From contig NW_021824242.1 of NCBI RefSeq assembly GCF_006345805.1, positions 1 to 18,455 on the forward strand: a DNA stretch of 18,455 bases, in the 5' to 3' direction. Within the stretch, counting starts at the first letter, position 1. Each line of letters starts with the position of its first letter. This DNA comes from Octopus sinensis. Lineage: Eukaryota. The translations under genes and the position numbers were made by a program. Below, piece by piece: positions 8,891 through 18,072 of this stretch. A model generated the notes under the pieces. That model made no database searches. It was not told the origin of the DNA and saw only the letters and a program-made list of their open reading frames with translations.

Positions 8891-9164
8891 TGCAACACAC
8901 ACACACACACACACACCACACACACACACACACACACACGCACACACACACACGACGGGTTGCTGTAAAGCTCCTGGTTTTTAAGTAAAAGAAAATATGG
9001 CAGGATCGGTTAATTATAATTCTATTCAACATATTCCCCTCTCAGATTCACACACAATTTTTCTAAGCCCTATAAAAGAACTCGAAAGATTGGGCCTCCA
9101 ACCAGACCTTTCGTGACACCCTTAAAGCCATGAGCTTTTCAACACTCTCTAGTATATATATATG

Positions 9165-9285
9165 CATATGCGTTTGTATGCTTGTTCCCCTCACTTCACT
9201 TGACAACCGGTGCTGGTTTGTTTATGTCTCGGTAACTTAGCGGCTCTGCAAAAGAAAGCGATAGAATAAATGTCTGACTTTAAAA
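9165..9285 (+). mobile_element. Diverged family A SINE body fragment
   Basis: CTTGACAACCGGTGCTGGTTTGTTTATGTCTCGGTAACTTAGCGGCTCTGCAAAAGAAAGCGATAGAATAA. Confidence 0.7.
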
Positions 9286-9886
9286 AGAAAGCAAAACAGC
9301 AACAACAAAAAAATGTACTTGGAAGAGTAAAAACCCTTCAAGATGATATCCCGTCACAGCTACAGAGATGAAAGAGAGCCTTACCTCATAGGCATGCTGG
9401 GAGAAACGCTTTCAAGTTTTCACCATTGATCCTTTTATTTTCCCCACACACCGCCACACCTTCACCGTATTTTGGAACCCTTTTAAGTTGTTGACTTCTT
9501 AACGAATTCTCTCATTGCTCTGCTAAAAATCCATTTATAATTCCAAACGGCAATCACTTTAATTAGAATAATTTATAATTTACTTCAAAGGCTGTGAAAG
9601 TTGTTCCCGGGAAATCAAATGCACTCGATAATTTGTGGAACGTAGGTTAACCGTACAGATGGCTTCCCGTAAATTTAGCTTTTAAAGAACATCTCTAAAG
9701 AATGCAGTATGAAATACAACTTGCTATGTGTTTCTGTTAATACTTAAATGTGAAGTCAACCATATAGAACTTTTTGCCATGAGAAGCAGTGAAACTTTGA
9801 AGGTATATTTTCTCCTCGAAGCAGCCAGAAATTTATTAATTTCAAATCTAACGAATTCGCAGTCTTGGAAAATGATAATATAAACG

Positions 9887-10035
9887 TAGCTGTGTGGTAA
9901 GAAGCTTGCTTCCCTATCACATGGTTCAGGGTTCAGTCCCACTGTGCGACACCTTGGGCAAGTGTCTTCTACCATAGCCTAGAGCCGAACAAAGACTTCT
10001 GAGAGGATCTGGTAGACGGAAATTGAAAGAAGCCC
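9887..10035 (+). mobile_element. Family A SINE head
   Basis: TAGCTGTGTGGTAAGAAGCTTGCTT..GGTTCAGTCCCACTG..GGTAGACGGAAATTGAAAGAAGCCC. Confidence 0.85.
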
Positions 10036-10090
10036 CCCACCACGCACACACATACACACACACACACGCCTCACTCATACACACACATAT

Positions 10091-10093
<3 letters not shown>

Positions 10094-10143
<50 letters not shown>
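10094..10143. repeat. (GA)n microsatellite
   Basis: Directly visible. Confidence 0.95.
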
Positions 10144-10529
10144 TAGGATATGAGGAGGTTTCGTCAGAATGACTCAAACTAACAGATGTGCGTTCCGAGT
10201 GCTCAAAGAGGTGTGCCACCAAAATTCCAGTTTGAACAACCGTTGAAGTTGTGGCTATGTGGTTGTCTTGCTCAAAACGGCTAAAGGTGACTTCCCTTTG
10301 AGCCAGTAGGTACATGTTAAAGTAGTGAGGAAAGGCAAACAGTTAGGCAAGGCATGATAATGACATTTAATTCCATTTAATTCAATCTAAATTTAGCTAC
10401 ATAACGAATAGTAAAAATAATGAATGGTAATTTGTGTGTGTATGTGTGTGTATATGTGTGTGTGTGTGCGGTGTGTGTGTGTGTGTGAGCGTGCGCGCGT
10501 GTGTATCTGTCTGTCTGTCTGTACGTTTT

Positions 10530-10690
10530 TTACTCTGTGTTTGTCCCCCTACCACCGCCTGATAACCGTGTTGGTGTGTTTACGTCCCCGTAACTTAGCG
10601 ATTCGGCAAAATAAAGAAAAGTACCGGAGTCGATACATTCGACTAAATATGGCCGCAGTCTAATGCATGAAACAAGTAAACGATAAAAAG
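10530..10690 (+). mobile_element. Diverged family A SINE body and tail
   Basis: TGTGTTTGTCCCCCTACCACCGCCTGATAACCG..CCCCGTAACTTAGCGATTCGGCAAAA..ATGGCCGCAGTC..GAAACAAGTAAA. Confidence 0.75.
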
Positions 10691-10739
10691 ATAAAATAAA
10701 GAAAGAAAGAAAAGAGTAATACAGAGTGGAGCAACGATC

Positions 10740-10905
10740 TTTTTTATCTTATATCTTTCGCTTGCCTCAGTCATTGGGGCACCGTCTCAAAAGCTTTAGT
10801 CGAACAATTTGGTACTTATTCCATCTGTCCCTTTGGCCGAACGGCTAAGTTATGAGGACGTAAACAAACCAGTACCGATTGTCAAGCGATGAGACTAAAA
10901 CACAC
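10740..10905 (-). mobile_element. Diverged family A-related SINE body, tail-to-tail with the previous copy
   Basis: Plus-strand GGTACTTATTCCATC..GCCGAACGGCTAAGTTATGAGGACGTAAACAAACCAGTACCGATTGTCAAGCGATG is the reverse complement of the family A body. Confidence 0.75.
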
Positions 10906-11151
10906 ATTCAAACATAGGTACACATGCACGCACACACGCGCACGCACGCACACACACACACACACACACACCAGCCTCTATTCACACAGACACACATTCA
11001 CACACACCATTCTCACATACATACACATGCATACGCTCCTTCGTGTGGGATCACCATCACTTTATTATTTCCCTTCCTTCCAACCTCTTCTTTCAAACTT
11101 TTTTTTTCTAATCAGTCGCCATACTTGATCATTAAATCTACAGGTTGTTTT

Positions 11152-11562
11152 GGATCTTTTCGGTTTGAACGGCAGTTTTTTCTAGCGGTGTCATATGAGA
11201 TTGTCACCCATAATTATAACTCTAGTATCGATCTATTGCATTTCAATCGGTTTTAGGGTTAGGGAGGAAGGGTATCTTTTTTTCTTCACAAATGTAAATA
11301 AACCCAATCTGTTTCTTAAACGAGGGACATATTCATACGGCACAGAATGTTTTTTTTTTACCTCAATAGACGTCAATGATTGGTTGAAATTGCAGAAATT
11401 GAAGAAAAACAACAACAAATATCTTACAAACTATAGAATTTTCTCAATAAAGCCAAGAGAAAAAGATGTTTTATAAACACATTCTACCAGTATACGAAGT
11501 TTAAAAGTGTTTAGTTACGTGGAAATTATTTTAAAAAACTGCCGTTCAAACCGAAAAGATCC
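11152..11562. mobile_element. Complete 411-bp MITE with 30-bp perfect TIRs, 8-bp TSD and internal TTAGGG repeats (candidate Merlin-like)
   Basis: TIR GGATCTTTTCGGTTTGAACGGCAGTTTTTT at 11152-11181 and its reverse complement at 11533-11562; TSD GTTGTTTT at 11144-11151 and 11563-11570; (TTAGGG)2 at 11253-11264. Confidence 0.92.
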
Positions 11563-11599
11563 GTTGTTTTTTTTCCTTCTCTCTCTGTTTATTTTCTCT

Positions 11600-11739
11600 C
11601 ATTTTTTTTCTCTGTTGAAGAGCGTAGGCTCGAAACGTAAAAAGTTGTTTCATTTTCCCGAGCATCAAAATAGTACATCTTATTGTTGTTCATACACCCG
11701 TCTTCGTCGTTTGTTTTTCTATAAATTTCAACTATATTA
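11600..11739 (+). mobile_element. Fragment of an interspersed repeat with a degenerate minimal-hammerhead-like motif (possible Penelope-like terminal repeat)
   Basis: TTGAAGA-G-CGTAGGCT-C-GAAA-CGT-A at 11615-11639 fits CUGANGA..GAAA with C3 mutated and a palindromic ACGT; stem I does not pair. Family assignment is inference. Confidence 0.35.
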
Positions 11740-11741
11740 TA

Positions 11742-12392
11742 CAGGGTTGGCCAAAAGTCATCTGACAGTAAATCAAAACTATTTAATTCCAACATTTATG
11801 TTTAACAACTGAATGAGTTTTTTCTAGCGGTGTTATATGAAATTGTCACCCATAATTATAACCCTAGTATCGATCTATTGCATTTCAATCTGTTTTAGGG
11901 TTAGGGTTAGTTAGGGTTAGGGTTAGCGTTAGGGGTGGGGGGAAGGGTATTCTTTTTTTCTTCACAAATGTAAATAAACCCAATCTGTTTCTTAAACGAG
12001 GGACATATTCATACGGCACAGAATGTTTTCACCTAAAATAGACGTCATTGATTGGTTGAAATTGTAGAAATTGAAGAAAAAATACAACAAATATCTTACA
12101 AACTATAGAATTTTCTCAATAAAGCCAAGAGTAAAAGATGTTTTATAAACGCATTCTACCAAGTATACGAAGTTTAAAAGTGTTTAGTTACGTGGAAATT
12201 ATTAAAAAAAAACTGCCGTTCAAACCGAAAAGATCCGACTTCGCCAGTAAAAGACTAATGTTTAAATAAATGGTGATTCTAACTCACAGCATTCAATTAT
12301 TAAACATTCATAAATGGAATGAATAAATAAAATTGAATATTAAGTATTTATGGAATTTTGATTTACTGTCGGGTGACTTTTGGCCAACCCTG
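11742..12392. mobile_element. Tc1/mariner-type MITE (TA TSD) interrupted by a nested MITE
   Basis: TA|CAGGGTTGGCCAAAAGTCA..GACAGTAAATCAAAA at 11742-11778 and its reverse complement at 12356-12392|TA; 37-bp TIR with 2 mismatches; terminus resembles Tc1 (CAGTGCTGGCCAAAAAG). Confidence 0.85.
11816..12236. mobile_element. Second copy of the TTAGGG-bearing MITE, left TIR deleted, nested in the Tc1-like MITE
   Basis: Highly similar to 11175-11562; right TIR ends at 12236; left end starts at AGTTTTTTT; telomeric tract expanded at 11895-11934. Confidence 0.9.
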
Positions 12393-12419
12393 TAAATCGA
12401 ACAGCATAAATTTGAGTGT

Positions 12420-12485
12420 GTGTTATATGTGTGTATGTGCGTGTTTGTGTGTCTGTGTTTGTCCCCACCATCGCCGGACAACCGT
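12420..12485 (+). mobile_element. Short family A SINE body fragment
   Basis: GTGTTTGTGTGTCTGTGTTTGTCCCCACCATCGCCGGACAACCG. Confidence 0.65.
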
Positions 12486-12513
12486 ATGTACGTATTCATA
12501 TTTTTATTGTTAA

Positions 12514-13026
12514 CTAGCAGTATCGCCCGGCGTTGCTCGGGTTTGTAAGGGAAATAACTATATAAGCATTTTTAGAGAGTTACTTCCCTTATAGATGCCA
12601 ATTCGGGCTTTCTTAGCCATTTCTGTTTTGGTGTCTTCAAGCCATGAAGTCGTTGTTCTAAAAGAACGCTGGTCTCCTTGACAACGCTTTACGACGTTGA
12701 TTTCCTTACACTCCCTTCCCCACAGCTTCACGAGGGAGGGAAGAAGGGGGAGAAGCAAACAGGTGCAGGTGTGACCATGGACGCCAACTCCGCCGCCATC
12801 GACACACGAAAAATTATGCATTAAAATGGAATAAAAAATTATGTTAAATTATTTTTAAAATCGTAAACTCAACGTAGACGCGCGCTAATACTCAGACGGG
12901 CTCGATATGAATCACGACTATAAGATACCCGAATTTGGTTAGACTGCACCGCAAAATGTGGGAGTAGTTAGGAATCTAAATCGAAGGGGACAGACACTCA
13001 CACAACTACAGTTTGATATATATAGA
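12514..13026 (-). mobile_element. Complete 513-bp non-autonomous Helitron
   Basis: Minus strand: host A | TC-TATATATATC.. 5' end at 13026; 3' hairpin CCCGAGCAACGCCGGG (12541-12526) followed by CGATACTG-CTAG | host T at 12513; no TSD. These are the canonical Helitron termini. Confidence 0.85.
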
Positions 13027-13336
13027 TAATTGATAGAGATAAAGAAAGTGAGATAACCTGTAAATTCAGTTCGTAATGCTGAACTAGAATATCACCGGAA
13101 GAGAAATTATGAGAGCGAGAGTGAGGCAACTTCGATGACGTATTATTATGGGCGTACGTGTTTGCATATGTGTGACGTAGATTAGTGAGCATGCGTGAAG
13201 ATTCTTACACTCGAATGCATCTTTATTCTCATTATATACCCTAACGATGCGTATTTCAATACACACACGCCCTCGCACTCATTGACATCTTCCCACACCT
13301 ACATATCTAAACATATTATTTAATTCAATATTCTAA

Positions 13337-13432
13337 CCTCCCTCGCTCTCCCTCGCCCCCCCCTCGCCTTCCTCGCTCCCCCCTCGCCTCCCTCGCTCCC
13401 CCTCACCTCCCTCGCTCCCCCTCTCTCTCCCT
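13337..13432. repeat. C-rich minisatellite (CCTCCCTCGCTCCCC-like units), G-quadruplex-capable on the minus strand
   Basis: About four imperfect ~20-bp units with many C3-C7 runs. Confidence 0.7.
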
Positions 13433-13983
13433 TGTCGAGTGTCCATATGTTACCCTTTCTAAGTATTCTACTGGTGGCATTAAACCAGTATATCTCTATT
13501 GTATATTATATAATGAACATATCGACCAAACCATACCCTACTTCATAAAACGCGGGAAGATCACGATATTCACACGCGCACGCACATGAACGCAGACACT
13601 CTCACGCGCACGCATATCTGTAAATGAAAGGGATTGGAAAAGCTAGTCGATTACTATAGTTGCTTCAAAAGTACATCATGATGTCACGTAAAATGCACCT
13701 GGTGTACTCTCGAAACAGCTGTAGTACTGGATTACCTCTTCTGTGCCTTCTATTCAGAGATTTGATTATCGCATTATAAGTAATGTTTATCGAGGTGTAT
13801 AACACCTCTCATAACGGAATTTTCTGTCTGATCTCGATATGGATCGAACTGTATTTGATGCATTGATAAACAAATTTTATCGGTTTATTATCGAGTCATT
13901 TGTAATTTTTTTTTATAACAGATGTGTTTATCTTACAGGCTAACCAGCTGCGTTTTACCACGATCACTAGACTGATCCTATTA

Positions 13984-13988
13984 CATCA

Positions 13989-14074
<86 letters not shown>

Positions 14075-14338
14075 ATTGTTATCATCATCGTTATCATCAT
14101 CATTATCGTCATCATTATCGTTATCATTATCGTTATCATTATGGTTATCATTATTATTATCATCATCGTTATCGTTGTCATCATCATCATCATTATCGTT
14201 ATCATTACCATCATCATCATTATCGTTATCATCATCATCATGATCATCATCATTATCGTTATCATTATCATCATCATCATCATTATCGTTATCATCGTTA
14301 TCATCGTTATCATCGTATCATCGTTATCATCGTTATTA
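13984..14338. repeat. Compound trinucleotide microsatellite (GTC/ATC/ATT/GTT)n
   Basis: Directly visible; its right end is TTATTA, abutting the LINE 3' end. Confidence 0.95.
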
Positions 14339-14766
14339 CATGAAATGTCAGCTGTCCACAGCCAGCAGACTAAGGTGACACTTGTTTACTGGTCATGCTT
14401 CAAGAACCCTGCGAAGAATTCTTGCAGTTCCAAGCAATGCTGATTCTTGTAGGTGTTCTACCTTCACACTTGCACCAATCTTTTCCAGCATTGTTGGCAG
14501 TTGAGTGCTGATACTTCCAAATGCGCCAATTATTGTTGGCATCATGTCACCCCTCCTTATTGACCACAACTTTCGTATTTCCCACTTTAAATCGTCATGG
14601 TTGTTTATTTTTTCTTCTTTCACATCGATCCTGTTGTCACCGGGGCATGCTATGTCGATTATCATACATGTTCTTTCTTTTTTATACACCACAACGATGT
14701 CCAGATTCCGATGTCTGGTTTCTGCACTGGACCGTTGCATCCCACAGGATTTAGCAATTCTCAGAA
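14339..14766 (-). mobile_element. 3' end of an R4/Dong-like non-LTR retrotransposon (RLE endonuclease C-terminus + ~54-bp 3'UTR)
   Basis: Translation gives ILWDATVQC (frameshifted), then DIVVVYKKERTCMIIDIACPGDNRIDVKEEKINNHDDLKWEIRKLW..IIGAFGSI..HLQESALLGTARILRRVL* (stop 14395-14393): the PD..D..PxD..K..KY-type RLE domain. The 3' end runs into TAATAA. Confidence 0.85.
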
Positions 14767-15293
14767 CAGTGCATGCCATCAAAGTGACACTGGAGTAAAA
14801 TATACAAAGCCCAGTATACCCATCGTGACTACCTGTGTGATAAGGGTACACTAAGCACATGCATCACAACCATATGTGCGCGACATGGTGATCTCATGTC
14901 AAGATAAACAGCGCATGATCTTACAGGTGGAGCCTAGTTGAATGTTCTTCTGGTTGAGTAACCCATCCTGCTCAAAAGATTTCTGAATAAAGGCTGTCTG
15001 AGAATGTTGAACGAAAACCTCATGTTTCCAGAGGTGGATTATCCTCTCAGCACATGGCTATGATGCTCCCCCACTACTTCTGCTCGTGATCAGAGATGCA
15101 CATATCGTCAGCCACTGAGAGACATGCTCAACTGGTTAAGGTCAAACAACTGACAAGCATATCTGTGGTATTGAGTAGAATATTTTCTGTTGCCCTTTTT
15201 TACACCAAGACGAAACAATGTACATGATAACACTTCCAATCAGTGAAGATCAGAAGCCACGAGAGCTAGTACCTGGTACTAAATCAAGGCATT
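14767..15293 (-). mobile_element. ~0.53-kb non-coding (TAA)n-associated element, copy 1 (fused to the R4/Dong fragment)
   Basis: Aligns end to end with 15330-15873 with substitutions and a ~17-bp deletion. It lacks the terminal GAGTGAGAGAG of copy 2 and joins LINE sequence at 14766/14767. Strand is inferred from colinearity with the LINE. Confidence 0.8.
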
Positions 15294-15318
15294 TATTATT
15301 ATTATTATTATTATTATT

Positions 15319-15873
15319 GAGTGAGAGAGCAGTTCATGCCATCAAAGTGACACTGGGGTAAAATATACGAAGCCCAATATACCCATCATGACTACCGTCT
15401 GATAAAGGTACACCAGGCACATGCATCACAACCATATTCGCGACATGGTGATCTCATATCAAGGATAAACAGCACATGACCTTGCAGGTGGGGCCAGTTA
15501 GAATAGTTTTTCTTCAGGTTGAGTAGCCCATCCCGCTCAAACGGTCCCTGATAAGGGTGTTTAAGGATGTTGAAAGAACCACCCATGTTTCCAGAGGTGA
15601 ACTATTCAAACCCCAAAGAATCCCTTTCAACACATGGCTATGATGCTCCCCCACTACTTCTGCTCGTGATCAAGATGCACATATCGTCAGCCACTAAGGG
15701 ACATGCTCAACTGGTTAAGGTCAAACAACTGACAAGCAAATCTGTGGTATTGAGCAGAATATTTGCTGTAGCCCATCTTTTATACCAAGACAAACACACA
15801 TGTACATGATAACACTTCCAATCAGTTAAGATCAGAAGCCATGAGCCACTGCCTGGTACTGCATCAGGGCATT
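15319..15873 (-). mobile_element. ~0.55-kb non-coding (TAA)n-associated element, copy 2 (complete)
   Basis: Flanked by (ATT)n on both sides (15291-15318 and 15871-16293); no TIRs and no convincing ORF. Confidence 0.8.
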
Positions 15874-15890
15874 TATTATTATTATTATTA

Positions 15891-15942
<52 letters not shown>

Positions 15943-15999
15943 ATTATTATTATATTATTATTATTATTATTATTATTATTTATTATTATTGTTATTATT

Positions 16000-16042
<43 letters not shown>

Positions 16043-16239
16043 TATTATTATTATTATTATTATTATATTTATCATTATATTTTATTATTATATTATCATT
16101 ATCATATTATTATTATTATTATTATTATATTATTATTAGTATATTATTATTATTATTATTATTATTATTAGTATATTATTATTATTATTATTATATAATA
16201 TTATAATTTTATCATTATTATTATTATTATTTATTATTA

Positions 16240-16280
<41 letters not shown>

Positions 16281-16293
16281 TATTATTATTATT
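15871..16293. repeat. Long imperfect (ATT)n microsatellite
   Basis: Directly visible. Confidence 0.97.
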
Positions 16294-16865
16294 AAAGGAC
16301 GAACAGGAAAGAGAGAGGTGATATAAGAACAATGAGGGAAGGAAAGTTTGGAGGAAGAGAGACGGAGAGACAAAAAGAATGAGAGAGGGAGTAGGGCAGA
16401 GGTGGAGAGAGAGGGTGATAAGTAGAGGAAGAGGAAGGGGGGAGCAGATAGAGAGTAAGGGAGAGAGATAGAGTAAGAAAGGGAGAGATCAAAGAGAGGT
16501 GGAGTGAGAGAGAAGACGAGTGGGTGAGGAGGGAAAGAGAGGGAGAGGAAGAGTGATAGAGAGAGAGTGAGATAGATAGAGAGGGAAAGAAAGAAGGAGA
16601 GAGATAGAGAAATTGAAGAGATAAAGATTGAGAGAAGGATAAAGGAAGAGAGAGAGGAGGAGAGAAAGAGGGGAAGAGAAGGAGAGAGGACGGGAGAGAG
16701 TGGAGGAGAGAAAGAGGGGAAGAGAATGAGAGAGAAGAGAGAGAGAAGGAGAGAAGGCATACAGAATAAGAAAGAGAGAAAAGACAAGAAGAAAAAGCGA
16801 GAGGAAAAGAGAGTGTGATAGGGACAGAGAATAGGAGAGAGAGAGAGAGAGAACAAGAGAGAGGA
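16294..16865. repeat. ~570-bp purine-rich (GA/GGA) low-complexity tract
   Basis: The plus strand is almost exclusively A/G; followed by (GT)n at ~16867-16892. Confidence 0.9.
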
Positions 16866-17044
16866 CTGTGTGTGTGTGTGTGTGTGTGTGTGAAAAGCGG
16901 GACCGAGAGCTGCAACAGTGAGTGACTAATCCATCCTGTTTTTCATATCGACCGGTTAAGGGAGCAGGCATCGTTCGTTCCCATTTTGAAAGCAAACGAT
17001 ACAATCATAGAAAAGTGGTTCCGGGTTTGTTTGATAGACATATG

Positions 17045-17070
17045 AAAAAAAAAAAAAAAAAAAAAAAAAA
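17045..17070 (+). repeat. Poly(A) run (26 nt) with A-rich extension
   Basis: Directly visible. Confidence 0.95.
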
Positions 17071-17271
17071 GAAAGAAAAAGAAACGAGCAAAAAAAAAAG
17101 GGAGAATATCAAATATATTTGAGAAAGAAATGAAAAGAATTTAAAATAAGCTAAATAAACTTAAATAAAAACGGTAAAAGAAGAGACAGAAGAAGGAAGA
17201 AATGAACGAATGTGAAATAGCGACCGCTCAAGCATTTCGAAGTAAGCAGCCAGATGTGACGTTAGGTCGAG

Positions 17272-17295
17272 TGTGTGCGTGCGTGTGCGGCTCTG

Positions 17296-17359
<64 letters not shown>

Positions 17360-17520
17360 CGTGCGTGCGGTTGTGTGTATGTGTGCGCGCGCATAGTGAT
17401 ATAGATTCAGAATGTATGTACGACTGTATGTATGTACGTACGTATGTATGTATGTATGTATGTATGTATGTATGTATGTAGTATGTATGTATGTATGTAC
17501 GTACGTAGGTATGTACCTAT
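17272..17520. repeat. (GT)n, (GCGT)n and (TATG)n microsatellites
   Basis: Directly visible. Confidence 0.95.
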
Positions 17521-17609
17521 CAATTCCACCCAACCCCGCTTTCTCTCACCACACACACACGAAGATTGAACGGATACTCACTATATAAAAAATATATATT
17601 AATAGGTAG

Positions 17610-17772
17610 ATATTTATAGATGTATGTGTGAGTGGATAAATATATATATGTATATATATATATACACGTATATATATATGTATATATATACACGTATATA
17701 TATATGTATATATTATATGTATATATATATCTCTATGTATATATATATATGTATATATGTATATATACAAGA

Positions 17773-17854
<82 letters not shown>

Positions 17855-17900
17855 GTATATATGTATATATATATGTATATATATATGTATATATATATAC
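17610..17900. repeat. (TA)n/(TATG) degenerate microsatellite
   Basis: Directly visible. Confidence 0.95.
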
Positions 17901-18072
17901 ACACACAAGTGAGTAGACAATATATAAATTCAATTTGAGGTTAAATTAGCCTCATTAATGGATGGCATCATCAAATGAATTACTGGTTCAATACCTAATA
18001 TTTGTTGTGAATGATAATATTCATAAAACACTAGGTTTGTATACAAAGCATGGTTTATAATCATTCAAAAGG

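Noticed and set aside
13924-14443. His/Arg-rich, Met/Ile-rich and Ile-rich ORFs
   Set aside because: Translations of the trinucleotide microsatellite; no splice or codon evidence for a real gene.
14767-14860. N-terminal part of the 155-aa ORF 14393-14860 as part of the LINE protein
   Set aside because: It is translated from the fused non-coding element; LINE homology begins only near 14766.
5895-15873. All LINE relics are on the minus strand (orientation bias implying a host transcript)
   Set aside because: Only three independent LINEs, so chance is likely; the SINEs occur on both strands.
14767-15873. CRISPR-like or locally duplicated repeat-spacer structure
   Set aside because: Eukaryotic context; only two long diverged copies separated by a microsatellite, with no short repeat-spacer array and no cas genes.
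15820-15873. HDV-like or hammerhead ribozyme at the presumed 5' end of the TAA-associated element (CCCTGATGCAG..)
   Set aside because: I could not build the nested pseudoknot or a CUGANGA/GAAA core by hand; only a short CCTG/CAGG hairpin is evident.
15841-17004. Poly-Leu/Ile/Tyr and Leu/Ser-rich hydrophobic ORFs
   Set aside because: Products of (ATT)n and the GA-rich tract, not membrane proteins.
16893-17070. Processed retrocopy ending in the 26-nt poly(A)
   Set aside because: No AATAAA signal, no TSD and no recognisable upstream gene or SINE sequence.
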